64,000 nucleotides of DNA from Flavobacteriales bacterium (lineage in GTDB: Bacteria; Bacteroidota; Bacteroidia; Palsa-965): NCBI GenBank assembly GCA_040377305.1, contig JBEIPA010000018.1:42618-106617 (forward strand). Direction: 5' to 3'. This document shows, one piece after another, positions 27,851 through 37,897 of the stretch; the stretch's first letter is position 1, and the number at the start of each line of letters is the position of its first letter. The position numbers and the translations under genes were made by a program. The notes beneath the pieces were generated by a model that was not told the origin of the DNA, did no database searches, and saw only the letters and a list, made by a program, of their open reading frames with translations.

Positions 27851-28393
27851 ATGAATCAAACAGTCTTTCAGGTTGAAGGCAAACGTCACCGCGGTCCGGG
27901 TTATTTTTGGAAAGTATTATTATGTGTCGCTGTTGTTCTGATTGTCGGTGTCTTTACACTCTCTGATGGAAAGTTCATTTGGTTACGTCCAAGTCCTCTG
28001 CTCATCGCCATCATCTATTTCTCAACCCGGAATAAGAAAGACGACATCAAAGTTTTTGTCAACCAGCACAAAACCGATTTCGAATTTGGCTACTACGACA
28101 AGGACAATAAATTGCAGGGACCGTTTCCGCTTGACGAGTATACGTACTGGGCGCACGAGCGTTCTCCAACGAATGGCGGCTGGAACATCGATTTGTATTT
28201 TCAGATCAACACGAAAGGTGCAACTGTTTATCTCAAAGAATCTATTGTTGCAAAAACTCCACCTGCAAACTGGACGCGCTCAACGCAGAAATATGCAGAT
28301 AATAACGGCGCTGTTTTCCTTGTTCCGGAATTACAGAGGCTGGTTGGTATTGTGGATGGCGTGGCCGCAGCAGAGACTTCGCAATCCAATTAA
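27851..28393 (+). CDS. Hypothetical membrane protein (2 TM plus soluble domain)
   Basis: ORF from ATG 27851 with two hydrophobic segments. Confidence 0.6.
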   Translation: MNQTVFQVEGKRHRGPGYFWKVLLCVAVVLIVGVFTLSDGKFIWLRPSPLLIAIIYFSTRNKKDDIKVFVNQHKTDFEFGYYDKDNKLQGPFPLDEYTYWAHERSPTNGGWNIDLYFQINTKGATVYLKESIVAKTPPANWTRSTQKYADNNGAVFLVPELQRLVGIVDGVAAAETSQSN

Positions 28394-28488
28394 AGCGGAT
28401 TCTTCGACCCACGTTAACAAGGAATTTGATGCGCGACACTATATGGGTATCTTTTGCCAGTGAACGGCATTATTCTTCATAAACCTCG

Positions 28489-29124
28489 ATGAGAAATTTA
28501 TTGGCCGCATTCCTAGGACTATTGATTGCTCCAGCTTTAATAGCGCAGCACAGTGTTGTTGCACCCGTACTTGGTAGTGTGCTGATCAAAGGAATCCACA
28601 ATTACGTACAAATTGGATTGCCTGGTATTGAAGCCGACTCCATTATGATAACTGCTCATCATTCCAAAATCCGAAAAGAAAATAATTGGCTCTGGACGGT
28701 TAAGCCGGATACATCGTACACCGAGGAAACTATTATTGTAACCGCGTGGCGCAAAAATAAATTGGTATTGAAAGACAGTACTTCGTTTAAACTAAAGTGG
28801 TGTCCCGATCCAGTTGCTTTCATCGGAAATCACACAGGAACAAATGATACCACGACGAAAGAATTGCTGGTTGCATCACTCGCATTGACGACGCGTGCTC
28901 TGAATTTTGAAATGGACGCTGCTTACGAAGTTGTGCACTTCGCAATGGTGATTAATGATGGTCCGGCAGTTTATCTCAACAACTCCCTATTTTTGAGTGA
29001 GCTTCAGAAATCGGTAATACTCAAAACCAAATCAGGAGATTTGGTACATTTCTATGGCATTCTCGTGAAGTATCCTGACGGGAGATTCAAAACTGTGAAT
29101 GGAATTACTCTGACGATTAAGTAA
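28489..29124 (+). CDS. Secreted protein resembling GldM/PorM C-terminal domains
   Basis: Signal peptide; 'LIKGIHNYVQIGLPG', 'PDPVA', 'YEVVHF', 'KSGDLVHF..I.VK.PDG' recall GldM D3-D4. Confidence 0.6.
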   Translation: MRNLLAAFLGLLIAPALIAQHSVVAPVLGSVLIKGIHNYVQIGLPGIEADSIMITAHHSKIRKENNWLWTVKPDTSYTEETIIVTAWRKNKLVLKDSTSFKLKWCPDPVAFIGNHTGTNDTTTKELLVASLALTTRALNFEMDAAYEVVHFAMVINDGPAVYLNNSLFLSELQKSVILKTKSGDLVHFYGILVKYPDGRFKTVNGITLTIK

Positions 29125-29132
29125 AATCGATT

Positions 29133-30011
29133 TCAGTAAATCTCTTTCTTCGCTGCCAGTAGCGTATTCTGCAACAACCCCGTAATCGTCATCGGACCTA
29201 CTCCTCCGGGAACCGGCGTGATCCAACTGCACTTCGGAGAAACACTTTCGAAATCAGCATCGCCTTTCAAACGCCAGCCTGCTTTAGTATCGGGCGCATC
29301 AACGCGGGTTGTTCCAACGTCGATCACCACTACTCCGTCTTTCACCATGTCGCCCTTGAGAAATCCTGGTTTACCAAGTGCAAGAACGATGATGTCGGCT
29401 TGTTTGGTGAAGTAAGAAATATCGGGCGTGCGCGAATGACAAAGCGTGACTGTGCAGTTGGCGAATTTCGAATTGCGTGCAAGCAGAATACTCATCGGTG
29501 ATCCTACAATGTGAGATCGTCCTATGACCACGCAATGCTTTCCGGAAGTTTCAATATTGTTTCGCTCGAGGAGTTGCGTAATTCCATAAGGCGTCGCCGG
29601 TAAATAACACGGAAGATTCAAAGCCATGCGTCCAACGTTTACCGGATGAAATCCATCAACGTCTTTCTTCGGATCAATTGCCTGAACAATTTTGTGTTCG
29701 TTGATATGCTTCGGTAACGGAAGCTGTACAATGAAACCATCCAATTCCGGATCGTTATTCAGTTTGTGTACAACTGCAAGTAATTCCTCTTCGGTGATAG
29801 TTGCTTCAAACGTTAAAGCAGTAGAACGAAATCCGATGCGTTCACAGGCTTTCATCTTTGCATTCACGTATGTCATACTACCACCGTCGCTGCCAACAAG
29901 TACAGCTGCCAGATGCGGCGCACGTTTTCCGTTTGCAACAATAGACTTCACTTCTTCAGCAATTTCAAGCTGAATCTGTTCGGCTATTTTCTTTCCGTCT
30001 ATTAATTGCAC
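29133..30011 (-). CDS. folD: Methylenetetrahydrofolate dehydrogenase/cyclohydrolase
   Basis: [42 protein letters not shown]; GTG start. Confidence 0.98.
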   Translation of the reverse strand: MQLIDGKKIAEQIQLEIAEEVKSIVANGKRAPHLAAVLVGSDGGSMTYVNAKMKACERIGFRSTALTFEATITEEELLAVVHKLNNDPELDGFIVQLPLPKHINEHKIVQAIDPKKDVDGFHPVNVGRMALNLPCYLPATPYGITQLLERNNIETSGKHCVVIGRSHIVGSPMSILLARNSKFANCTVTLCHSRTPDISYFTKQADIIVLALGKPGFLKGDMVKDGVVVIDVGTTRVDAPDTKAGWRLKGDADFESVSPKCSWITPVPGGVGPMTITGLLQNTLLAAKKEIY

Positions 30012-30073
30012 AACAACTTTTTTAACCTTGAACTTAGAACTTAGAACAACCGGAAACTGGGAACCGGGAACAT

Positions 30074-31408
30074 TTATTTGCGCATCTTCGGCATATTCCG
30101 CATCATCTTCGCCATCTGCCCTTTATCCTGCATCATGCGCATCATCTTACGCGTGTCTTCGAATTGCTTCATCAAACGATTCACGTCCTGAATTGTCTTT
30201 CCGCTTCCTTTCGCAATTCTGTTTTTGCGATTGCCGTTGATCACTTCCGGATTCTCGCGCTCTTCAGGTGTCATTGAATAAATAATCGCTTCAATTCCTT
30301 TGAATGCATTCTCGTCGATGTCAACGTCCTTCATCGCTTTGCCAACACCCGGAATCATTCCCATGAGATCTTTCACGTTACCCATTTTCTTGATCTGCTG
30401 AAGCTGTCCGAGAAAATCGTTGAACGAGAATTTATTCTTCGCAATGCGATCCTGAATTCTTCGTGCCTCTTTCGCATCGAATTGTTCCTGCGCGCGTTCT
30501 ACGAGAGTAACAACGTCACCCATCCCGAGAATACGGTCGGCCATACGTTGCGGATAGAACACATCAAGTGCGTCCATCTTCTCGCCCATACCTACAAACT
30601 TGATTGGCTTGTCGACTACAGAACGAATTGAAAGCGCAGCACCACCGCGTGTATCACCATCGAGCTTCGTAAGGATTACTCCGTCGAAGTTGAGTATGTC
30701 GTTGAATGCTTTGGCTGTATTCACTGCATCCTGACCAGTCATCGAATCCACCACGAAAAGAATTTCCTGTGGCTTCACCGCGTCACGAACTGCAGCAATT
30801 TCATTCATCATCTCTTTGTCAATTGCGAGACGACCCGCGGTATCGATGATGACTACTGAATTTCCGTTTTGTTTTGCATGTGCCACTGCACGCTTCGCAA
30901 TGCCAACAGCATCTTTCACGTCACGCTCCGAATACACTTCCACGCCAACCTGTTCACCCAGAACATGGAGCTGGTCAATCGCAGCAGGACGATAAATGTC
31001 GCAGGCAACGAGAAGTGGATTCTTTCCCTTCTTCGTCTTCAGCCAATGTGCAAGTTTTCCTGAGTGAGTTGTTTTACCCGAACCTTGCAGACCCGACATC
31101 AGAATCACTGTAGGATTTCCGCCAAGCTGAATATCGGCCTGCGCTCCACCCATCAATTGAGTCAATTCGTCGTGCGTGATTTTCACCATCAACTGTGATG
31201 GAGAAACTGCCGTCAACACGTTTTGCCCAAGGGCTTTTGTCTTAACGTCGTCGGTAAATTTCTTTGCAACCTGGAAACTAACGTCGGCATCGAGAAGTGC
31301 TTTACGAACTTCCTTCAGCGTTTCCGCTATATTGATCTCGTTGATCTTTCCTTCGCCTTTGAGAACTTTAAACGCCCTGTCTAGCTTATCCGAGAGATTT
31401 TCAAACAT
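30074..31408 (-). CDS. ffh: Signal recognition particle protein
   Basis: [27 protein letters not shown], Met-rich M domain. Confidence 0.98.
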   Translation of the reverse strand: MFENLSDKLDRAFKVLKGEGKINEINIAETLKEVRKALLDADVSFQVAKKFTDDVKTKALGQNVLTAVSPSQLMVKITHDELTQLMGGAQADIQLGGNPTVILMSGLQGSGKTTHSGKLAHWLKTKKGKNPLLVACDIYRPAAIDQLHVLGEQVGVEVYSERDVKDAVGIAKRAVAHAKQNGNSVVIIDTAGRLAIDKEMMNEIAAVRDAVKPQEILFVVDSMTGQDAVNTAKAFNDILNFDGVILTKLDGDTRGGAALSIRSVVDKPIKFVGMGEKMDALDVFYPQRMADRILGMGDVVTLVERAQEQFDAKEARRIQDRIAKNKFSFNDFLGQLQQIKKMGNVKDLMGMIPGVGKAMKDVDIDENAFKGIEAIIYSMTPEERENPEVINGNRKNRIAKGSGKTIQDVNRLMKQFEDTRKMMRMMQDKGQMAKMMRNMPKMRK

Positions 31409-31450
31409 GTTCCTTGAATTAATGGGACTGCGAAGATAACGATTAGGGGG

Positions 31451-31533
31451 CGATTCCGAATTCAGAAATTCCGTGATTCCGCTATTAAAGCCCGTCGAAA
31501 CACGGAATTACGGAATTTCGAAATCACGGAATT
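31451..31533. repeat. Inverted pair of 8-mer-period repeat tracts (ATTCCG / CGGAAT)
   Basis: gattccgaattcagaaattccgtgattccg ... cacggaattacggaatttcgaaatcacggaatt. Confidence 0.7.
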
Positions 31534-31594
31534 GTGGTTTTAAACCTTTGGAGCGGTTAGACGTCATAAGTACAATTTGCCTAACATTCGATCT

Positions 31595-32443
31595 ATGAAA
31601 AAGATACTACTCACCCTCTCAATCGCGACTCTCGGATTCGCTCCGTTAAGCGCACAAGACACAGACTCAACAGGCCTTCCCGGCGATAATTTCGATCTGC
31701 AAGGCGTACTTGAACTTTTTAAAAACGCGGAATCACTGGAAGCATTTGAAAAGGCGCTCAATTCGGAATCGAATGAAGTCAACAATCTCGACGTTGATGA
31801 AGACGGACAGGTTGATTACGTGAAAGTAATTGATCATGCCGACAGCGGATCGCATGCAATCACATTGCGGGTTGATGTGAACGACAAAGAATCCCAGGAC
31901 ATTGCTGTCATTGAAATTGACAAAACCGGTGATGAAACTGCGGAGCTCCAGATTGTTGGTGACGAAGAAATGTATGGCAAAGATTTCATCGTCGAGCCCG
32001 AAGATGAAGTTGCGAATACACAAGACGGTAAATTCACATCCGGATTTGCCCCAGCGGTTGTCATTGTCAATGTGTGGGGATGGAGACCAATACGGCACAT
32101 CTACGCCCCGACGTACGTTGTATGGGTTTCTCCCTGGAGATACAGAGTTTATCCTCCATACTGGAAACCATGGCGACCAGTTGCATGGCGGGTACACCAT
32201 GCACGTGTAGTTCGCTATCATCATCATTGCCGGGTTGTTCACGTGCATCGTGTTCACCGCGCACACCGAATTGCACATCGTCATCACGCAGGATCACCTC
32301 ATTATCATCAGCGAAATGCGGCGCGAAGAAATAACGGAAACGTTCAGCGGAACAATGGTGGTGGAAATCGCAACAACGGAAATCACCAGGGTGGAAAAAG
32401 AAATGGTGGCGGCGGTAAACGCGGTGGTGGTCGTCACAGATAG
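31595..32443 (+). CDS. Secreted hypothetical protein, paralog 1 (acidic DxDxDG domain; Trp/Pro segment; His/Arg-rich and Gly/Asn-rich tail)
   Basis: Signal peptide from ATG 31595; NNLDVDEDGQVDYVKV. Confidence 0.75.
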   Translation: MKKILLTLSIATLGFAPLSAQDTDSTGLPGDNFDLQGVLELFKNAESLEAFEKALNSESNEVNNLDVDEDGQVDYVKVIDHADSGSHAITLRVDVNDKESQDIAVIEIDKTGDETAELQIVGDEEMYGKDFIVEPEDEVANTQDGKFTSGFAPAVVIVNVWGWRPIRHIYAPTYVVWVSPWRYRVYPPYWKPWRPVAWRVHHARVVRYHHHCRVVHVHRVHRAHRIAHRHHAGSPHYHQRNAARRNNGNVQRNNGGGNRNNGNHQGGKRNGGGGKRGGGRHR

Positions 32444-32499
32444 TTTGTTGGTTAGGAGCAGTTTCAATCGGGAATATCATCGCGAATGATACTGTTACG

Positions 32500-32528
32500 A
32501 GGTGGTCTTTGGGAGGACCACCTTTTTT
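32500..32528 (+). terminator. Terminator
   Basis: AGGTGGTCT-TTGGG-AGGACCACC-T6. Confidence 0.75.
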
Positions 32529-32659
32529 CATGCGTCGATAGATAGGGTCGATCAAACTGTGCCTCCATTCGAACTAACGAATAACGCTGTTGCTTTTCTG
32601 CACCTCACGTTAAAGAGTATAGGTTGCACCGCTGTGCTCTAAAAAAACCTATACTACCC

Positions 32660-33739
32660 ATGAATAAATTTGCAAAATATTATCTCCCTGGATTCCTGAT
32701 TACCGGACTCTTCTTCGGAATGTGTACTTCTGCTGAAGACAAAGAATCCAAAACAGGAAAAGCAGGTGATCAGTTCGATCTGTTTGCCGTTATGGCCCTC
32801 TTTGAAAAATCTTCATCGCCTGAGGATTTTGAAACAGCTATCAATACAAAGTCGAATGGTGTAAATAATCTTGATCTGAATGAAGATGGACAGACGGATT
32901 ACATCAAAGTAACTGATAAGAAGATTGATGAGAGTTCACACTGTTTCATTCTGCAGATAGATATTGCTGATGGTAGTACGCAAGATGTAGCCACTATTGA
33001 AATGCAGAAGGTTGCCGATGGTGAAGCGAATGTGCAGCTCATTGGTGATCCTGAATTGTATGGATCTGATTACATCGTTGAGCCAGCTTCGGAGGTAGCA
33101 GCCGCAGGTTTTGTAGTTGCAACTACGACAGCCGTGAATGTTTGGTCATGGCCTTATGTGACTCACGTTTACTCACCAGCGTATGTCGTTTATGAATCGC
33201 CATACCGCTACGAATACTATCCCGTTTGGTATCAGCCTTGGCCTGTAGTTGCGTATGACGTTTACTATCCTACTATTTCTGTGCATCGGGTGAAGTACGA
33301 ATACTCAGATGGATATCGCTTTGTTCACGTACATGAAAACTATCATAGCAATTACCGCGTTACCACGAAGTTTAAATACAAAGAGAAGGACTATGGCAAT
33401 GGAAAATCCAATGGCAATGTTGTGGTATTCAAAAACAAGAATGATGGTAGTGGCAACAACGGGAATGGCAAAGACAATTCTTCTGGTAGTAACAACTCCG
33501 ATGGAAAAGGAAACGGAAATGGCAAAGGAAACGAGAACGGAAATGATAAAGGAAATGGAAATGATAAAGGAAATGGCAATGAGAATAAATCCGACGACGA
33601 TTCGAAAGGGAACGATGGAAAATCCAATCAGAAAAACGATGCGAATGCAGGTGAAGGAAATTCCGGTTCGAAGGGCAAAGGAGATAATTCACAACCCAAA
33701 GATGGTGGTGGAAAGAATGGTGGAGGAAAACCCAAGTAG
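32660..33739 (+). CDS. Secreted hypothetical protein, paralog 2 (same domain; Tyr-rich segment; Gly/Asn/Lys/Asp low-complexity tail)
   Basis: ATG 32660; NNLDLNEDGQTDYIKV; aligns by eye with paralog 1 over ~180 aa. Confidence 0.75.
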   Translation: MNKFAKYYLPGFLITGLFFGMCTSAEDKESKTGKAGDQFDLFAVMALFEKSSSPEDFETAINTKSNGVNNLDLNEDGQTDYIKVTDKKIDESSHCFILQIDIADGSTQDVATIEMQKVADGEANVQLIGDPELYGSDYIVEPASEVAAAGFVVATTTAVNVWSWPYVTHVYSPAYVVYESPYRYEYYPVWYQPWPVVAYDVYYPTISVHRVKYEYSDGYRFVHVHENYHSNYRVTTKFKYKEKDYGNGKSNGNVVVFKNKNDGSGNNGNGKDNSSGSNNSDGKGNGNGKGNENGNDKGNGNDKGNGNENKSDDDSKGNDGKSNQKNDANAGEGNSGSKGKGDNSQPKDGGGKNGGGKPK

Positions 33740-34033
33740 TACGATCCATGACACAGGAATAGATTACGGTGAAGACATTTTTACCTCTCAAAAGCGTAGA
33801 ATTCCTTCCCCACGCTGTTAATAACTCCAATGAATTGCGTCAACTATCTCTGATTTGTGTCGAAGGATCGAATAAATTTTCAGGGTGCGTTTATTTGATA
33901 GAAATTCGATTCAACAAACTCAGAAAACAACACCAAAGTATTCCTCAGCTGGCAGTCATATCCCACACCAAACACTCGGAAATCAGCGGCCGGGTAAGAA
34001 ATCAGGGAAGATTAACATGACGCTAAACCAGCG

Positions 34034-34062
34034 AAAAGCCACCATTCTCGGTGGCTTTTTTT
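34034..34062. terminator. Bidirectional-type terminator
   Basis: AAAAGCCACC-ATTCTC-GGTGGC-T7. Confidence 0.8.
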
Positions 34063-34078
34063 ATTTACCGCCGCGCAG

Positions 34079-34280
34079 AAAATGGAACGCGGATTTTGAT
34101 GTCCGTTGTTTTCTTTTCTCTCGCTTGGATCACCGCGGTAAATACGAAGAGTCTGAATTCGATTATATGAGATAAACTTAAGCGCATCTCAGAAAATCCA
34201 AATTCACGCTGTTGATGATTTGTAGAATGATCCGAAGGAAACGCTCACAAGCCTCGTGCATAAAAATCCGCGTCCCTATT
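34079..34280. repeat. ~200-bp rod-like palindromic element, family A copy 2
   Basis: AAAATGGAACGCGGATTTTGATG ... AAAATCCGCGTCCC; colinear with 6354..6557. Confidence 0.85.
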
Positions 34281-34884
34281 CTTCATTCTTCCGCTTATAT
34301 CCTACGCGTTTCCGATCTCCATCCTTCACTGGTGGCGCCATTAGTCTTCTGATCGCGTCAAACACCACTGCGAACTTCTTATCGTAGTTGTCTTCCAGTT
34401 CATCCAAACGTTTCGAGAGTGTCTTGTTGTTCGCAATAAGCTCTCGCAGGCGCACAAACGCTTTAACGACCTGTATACTGGCATGTACAGCCTTCGGTGA
34501 GTTAAGTACGCTGGCGAGCATTACAGTGCCATGCTCGGTGAATACATAGGGCATGTAACGACGACCGCCTCGGCCACTTGAGGTCGCATTTTGCGACTTC
34601 AGGTTTTTGTTCTCCTTATTTGAGGTCACAGACTGTGACCTCAAGTCAGCTCCTGAACTTGAGGTCGCAAATTGCGACCTCAAAGCTTCATGCTCTTTTT
34701 CAGTTAACTGAAACATGAAATCCTTTGGAAATCGTGCAAGGTTTCTCTTTACCTGCTCATTCAAACGTTTTGTGTCAACACCGTACATTCTTGCGAGATC
34801 CTCATCCAGCATGACCTGGTGACCGCGGATGGTGTAGATCAAAGAATCGTCTGTCTTGTTAATTAAGTCTTTCGGAGCGTTCAT
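34276..34884 (-). CDS. ORF6N-domain putative DNA-binding protein
   Basis: IYTIRGHQVMLDEDLARMYGV.TKRLNEQVKRN..RFP.DFMFQLT; GGRRY.PYVFTEHG..ML..VL.S. Confidence 0.92.
   Translation of the reverse strand: MNAPKDLINKTDDSLIYTIRGHQVMLDEDLARMYGVDTKRLNEQVKRNLARFPKDFMFQLTEKEHEALRSQFATSSSGADLRSQSVTSNKENKNLKSQNATSSGRGGRRYMPYVFTEHGTVMLASVLNSPKAVHASIQVVKAFVRLRELIANNKTLSKRLDELEDNYDKKFAVVFDAIRRLMAPPVKDGDRKRVGYKRKNEE
34578..34683. repeat. Three in-frame DNA palindromes inside the ORF6N gene
   Basis: TGAGGTCGCA-TTT-TGCGACTTCA; TTGAGGTCACA-GAC-TGTGACCTCAA; TTGAGGTCGCA-AAT-TGCGACCTCAA. Confidence 0.9.
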
Positions 34885-34978
34885 ATCGTTGGGTTTTCTC
34901 AAAGATAATTCACCCAATATTATTCTGCATGAAAGACTAAGATTCTTAGCCGTAAATCAATGTATTGGCAAAAGATGT

Positions 34979-36766
34979 CTACATCTTCTCCGGCACTTCA
35001 ACTCCAATCAAGCGCATTCCTTCGCGGATTGTTCTCGATACCGTCATGCACAATGCAATTCTGAAGTTTTTCAGGTTGGCATCTGCTTCTTTGAGTACAT
35101 CGCATGCGTCGTAGAACTGGTTGAATGTTCTTGCAACATCGTACGTGTAGTTCGCAACCACTGCAGGAGAATATTCTCTCGCTGCTTCCTGAATAATCGC
35201 AGGAAACGTAGAAAGCAATTTGATGAGATCTTTCTCCTTCGCGTGAATTTCAGCCGGCGCTTCGAATGCAGGAACTGTACTCAATTCCGATTTTCTCCAG
35301 ATGCTTCTGATACGCGCGTGTGTGTACTGAATGAACGGACCTGTGTTCCCTTGAAGATCGATACTTTCTTTCGGGTTGAACACCATCGTCTTTTTCGGAT
35401 CGACTTTCAGAATGAAATATTTTAAAGCCGCCATGCCAACCATGTGTGAGAGATGGTCCTGGTCCTCTTTGCTCATTCCTTCAATCAAACCTTTCTCTGC
35501 GGCCATCTCCCGCGCTTCTGTCTCCATTTTCTCAATGAGATCATCGGCATCAACAACAGTTCCTTCCCGCGATTTCATTTTTCCTTCCGGCAGCTCAACC
35601 ATTCCGTAAGAGAGATGATACAGTCCATCTGCCCATGCATAACCCAGTTTCTTCAATGAAACTTTCAGGGTTTTGAAATGATAGTCCTGCTCGTTTCCTA
35701 CTACGTAGATCAGTTTATCAAACGGATACTCTTTGTGACGCTCAACGGCAGTTCCTAAATCCTGCGTGATGTAAACCGAAGTTCCATCGCTACGCAACAA
35801 GACTTTCACATCAAGTTTGGAATCTGTGTTGTCAATAATCACAGCTCCATCATCGCGTTTTTGAAAAACATTTTTCTTCAGTCCCTCCTCTACAATCTCT
35901 TTTCCGAGAATGTAGGTATTCGACTCGTAATACATTTTATCGAAGTCCACATTCAGCTTCGCATACGTTTTCGCAAAACCGTCGTACACCCAACCGTTCA
36001 TTTTTTGCCACAGCTCGCGCACTTCAGAATCATTTGCTTCCCATTTACGAAGCATGTTTTGCGCTTCAAGAATCAATGGTGCTTTTTTCTCTGCATCGTC
36101 TTTCCCTATGCCTTGTGATTCGAGTATTTTGATCTCCGCTTTGTAATGCTTATCAAACTCCACGTAATATTTCCCGACAAGCATATCACCTTTCATCCCA
36201 CTCGACTCCGGAGTTTCTCCGTTGCCCCACTTCTGCCACGCCAGCATACTCTTACAAATATGAATCCCGCGATCGTTCACCAGATTCACTTTCATCACCT
36301 CATTGCCGGCTGCTTTGAAGATTTCCGCGACGGAATACCCAAGCAGAATGTTCCGCATATGACCTAAGTGAAGTGGTTTGTTGGTGTTCGGTGAGCTATA
36401 CTCAACCATCACGAATGGTGCTCCCAACACTACATTCTGTCGTCCCCAGGTCTCGTCTTCCTTCAGATGCACGAACGTTTCAATCCAGTATTTCGAGTTG
36501 ATTACGACGTTCAAAAACCCCTTCACCACATTCCACGAAGCAACTTCGGACACATGCTTTTGAAGGTATTCACCAATAATTTGCCCGGTTTGTTCAGGGG
36601 ATTTACCTGCCATTTTCACATAAGGAAAAACAACAAGCGTGATATCGCCCTCAAATTGGGGGTTTGTCTTCTGGAAAGTAACGGATGCCGGTTCAATTGC
36701 AGATCCAAACAGTTCTTTCACAGCGCCGGCAACGTGAACCGACAACAACTGTTCTGGTGTATTCAT
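34979..36766 (-). CDS. argS: Arginyl-tRNA synthetase
   Basis: VEYSSPNTNKPLHLGH, YVVGNEQ.YHF, KMKSREG, GNTGP..QY..AR, C-terminal PEKM. Confidence 0.97.
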   Translation of the reverse strand: MNTPEQLLSVHVAGAVKELFGSAIEPASVTFQKTNPQFEGDITLVVFPYVKMAGKSPEQTGQIIGEYLQKHVSEVASWNVVKGFLNVVINSKYWIETFVHLKEDETWGRQNVVLGAPFVMVEYSSPNTNKPLHLGHMRNILLGYSVAEIFKAAGNEVMKVNLVNDRGIHICKSMLAWQKWGNGETPESSGMKGDMLVGKYYVEFDKHYKAEIKILESQGIGKDDAEKKAPLILEAQNMLRKWEANDSEVRELWQKMNGWVYDGFAKTYAKLNVDFDKMYYESNTYILGKEIVEEGLKKNVFQKRDDGAVIIDNTDSKLDVKVLLRSDGTSVYITQDLGTAVERHKEYPFDKLIYVVGNEQDYHFKTLKVSLKKLGYAWADGLYHLSYGMVELPEGKMKSREGTVVDADDLIEKMETEAREMAAEKGLIEGMSKEDQDHLSHMVGMAALKYFILKVDPKKTMVFNPKESIDLQGNTGPFIQYTHARIRSIWRKSELSTVPAFEAPAEIHAKEKDLIKLLSTFPAIIQEAAREYSPAVVANYTYDVARTFNQFYDACDVLKEADANLKNFRIALCMTVSRTIREGMRLIGVEVPEKM

Positions 36767-36820
36767 TGGAAGTAATAAGTATTTAAGTAGGTAAGTACTA
36801 AGTATTGTCAGGTGTGATTT

Positions 36821-36845
36821 TGTCAGACTGAGCGTAGTCGAAGGC
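36821..36845. repeat. Single REP-like element of the GTCA..CTGAGC..AGTCGAAG type
   Basis: TGTCAGACTGAGCGTAGTCGAAGGC resembles a common Bacteroidota REP; AAGTA-rich short repeats just upstream (36770..36805). Confidence 0.6.
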
Positions 36846-36860
36846 GGACAAAACGGGGAT

Positions 36861-37811
36861 TTAGTTCGAAATCTGGGACACTACTTTGGTGAGAATCTCA
36901 AATGTATTCTCTGCCATTAGGTTCTCCCGGTCAAGGGTTGGGTTCACTTCAGCTATCTCAACGCAGCACACTTTTTCGTTCTGGACTAGACGAACAAGAA
37001 GTGATCCGGCTTCCTTCTCCGTGATACCATTACGTACAGGCGTCCCGGTTCCTTTGGAGATGGAAGAGTCCATACTATCTACATCGAATGATATGTAAAT
37101 AAGGTTGCATTGGTTCAGATAGCTCAGGGTATCGCGTGCAATCCGCTCCACTCCCTCACGTCGCACCTCAGCCGTACTGAATGACTTCACATGGTGCTTT
37201 TTCATCAAACCGCTTTCTTCTGGTTCAAGATCCCTAACACTAATGTAAACGAGGTCCCTGTAGTTTATTTTAGGCGCAATACCTCCTATTTCTTTGAGGG
37301 TTTTCCACGCTTCGACCGTGTCTTTATCAGGTCTGTTCATCTTATTCGTCTGGTTGTCTTCACCTAACGAGGCTGCCAAAGGCATGCCGTGAAGGTTACC
37401 CGATGGAGTAGTCCAAGGCGAATGGAGGTCAGCATGTGCATCGATCCAGATCACTCCGAGTCTTGACTTTGGGAAGGCCATTCTGATTCCAGCTATGGTT
37501 CCTCCGGCTGTAGAATGATCGCCCGCCAAAACAATAGGAAATCCATTCGCTTTCAGGGTTTTGGACACTTCTGCCCCAATCCTTTCGTACATCGTGATCA
37601 ATCCTTTGATGCGTTTAGCATAAGGACTGCCTCCAGGCTCATATAAAAGGTGGTTTTCGTTCTTAACCTCGGTGCTCTCAAATTGCTTGAATATGGAGGA
37701 TCCGTAATCCAATGCCGCAATTTTAATCGCATCAACACCCAAACTAGCGCCGCGGGTTCCCGCTCCGATTTCGGACTTGACTTCTATAAACTTAATCTTT
37801 TTATTAGCCAT
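36861..37811 (-). CDS. rocF: Arginase
   Basis: GDHS, WIDAHAD, TPSGNLHGMP, SFDVD, GTGTPV, EVNP. Confidence 0.88.
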   Translation of the reverse strand: MANKKIKFIEVKSEIGAGTRGASLGVDAIKIAALDYGSSIFKQFESTEVKNENHLLYEPGGSPYAKRIKGLITMYERIGAEVSKTLKANGFPIVLAGDHSTAGGTIAGIRMAFPKSRLGVIWIDAHADLHSPWTTPSGNLHGMPLAASLGEDNQTNKMNRPDKDTVEAWKTLKEIGGIAPKINYRDLVYISVRDLEPEESGLMKKHHVKSFSTAEVRREGVERIARDTLSYLNQCNLIYISFDVDSMDSSISKGTGTPVRNGITEKEAGSLLVRLVQNEKVCCVEIAEVNPTLDRENLMAENTFEILTKVVSQISN

Positions 37812-37852
37812 AAAACAGGTCGGTTATTGCGTCAAATTCAATCTGAGTGAGT

Positions 37853-37860
37853 TACATTTG
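37853..37860 (+). promoter_or_regulatory. -7 promoter box for speA
   Basis: TACATTTG. Confidence 0.6.
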
Positions 37861-37897
37861 CAATTCTTTATCAAAGTAACTCACTTAGATCCTCGTT

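Noticed and set aside
33391-33830. FP-rich and HF-rich minus-strand ORFs and GGAAAT repeats
   Set aside because: Shadows of the low-complexity G/N/K tail of the plus-strand gene
34276-34884. Prophage inferred from the ORF6N gene
   Set aside because: No integrase, structural or replication genes nearby; flanked by argS and host genes
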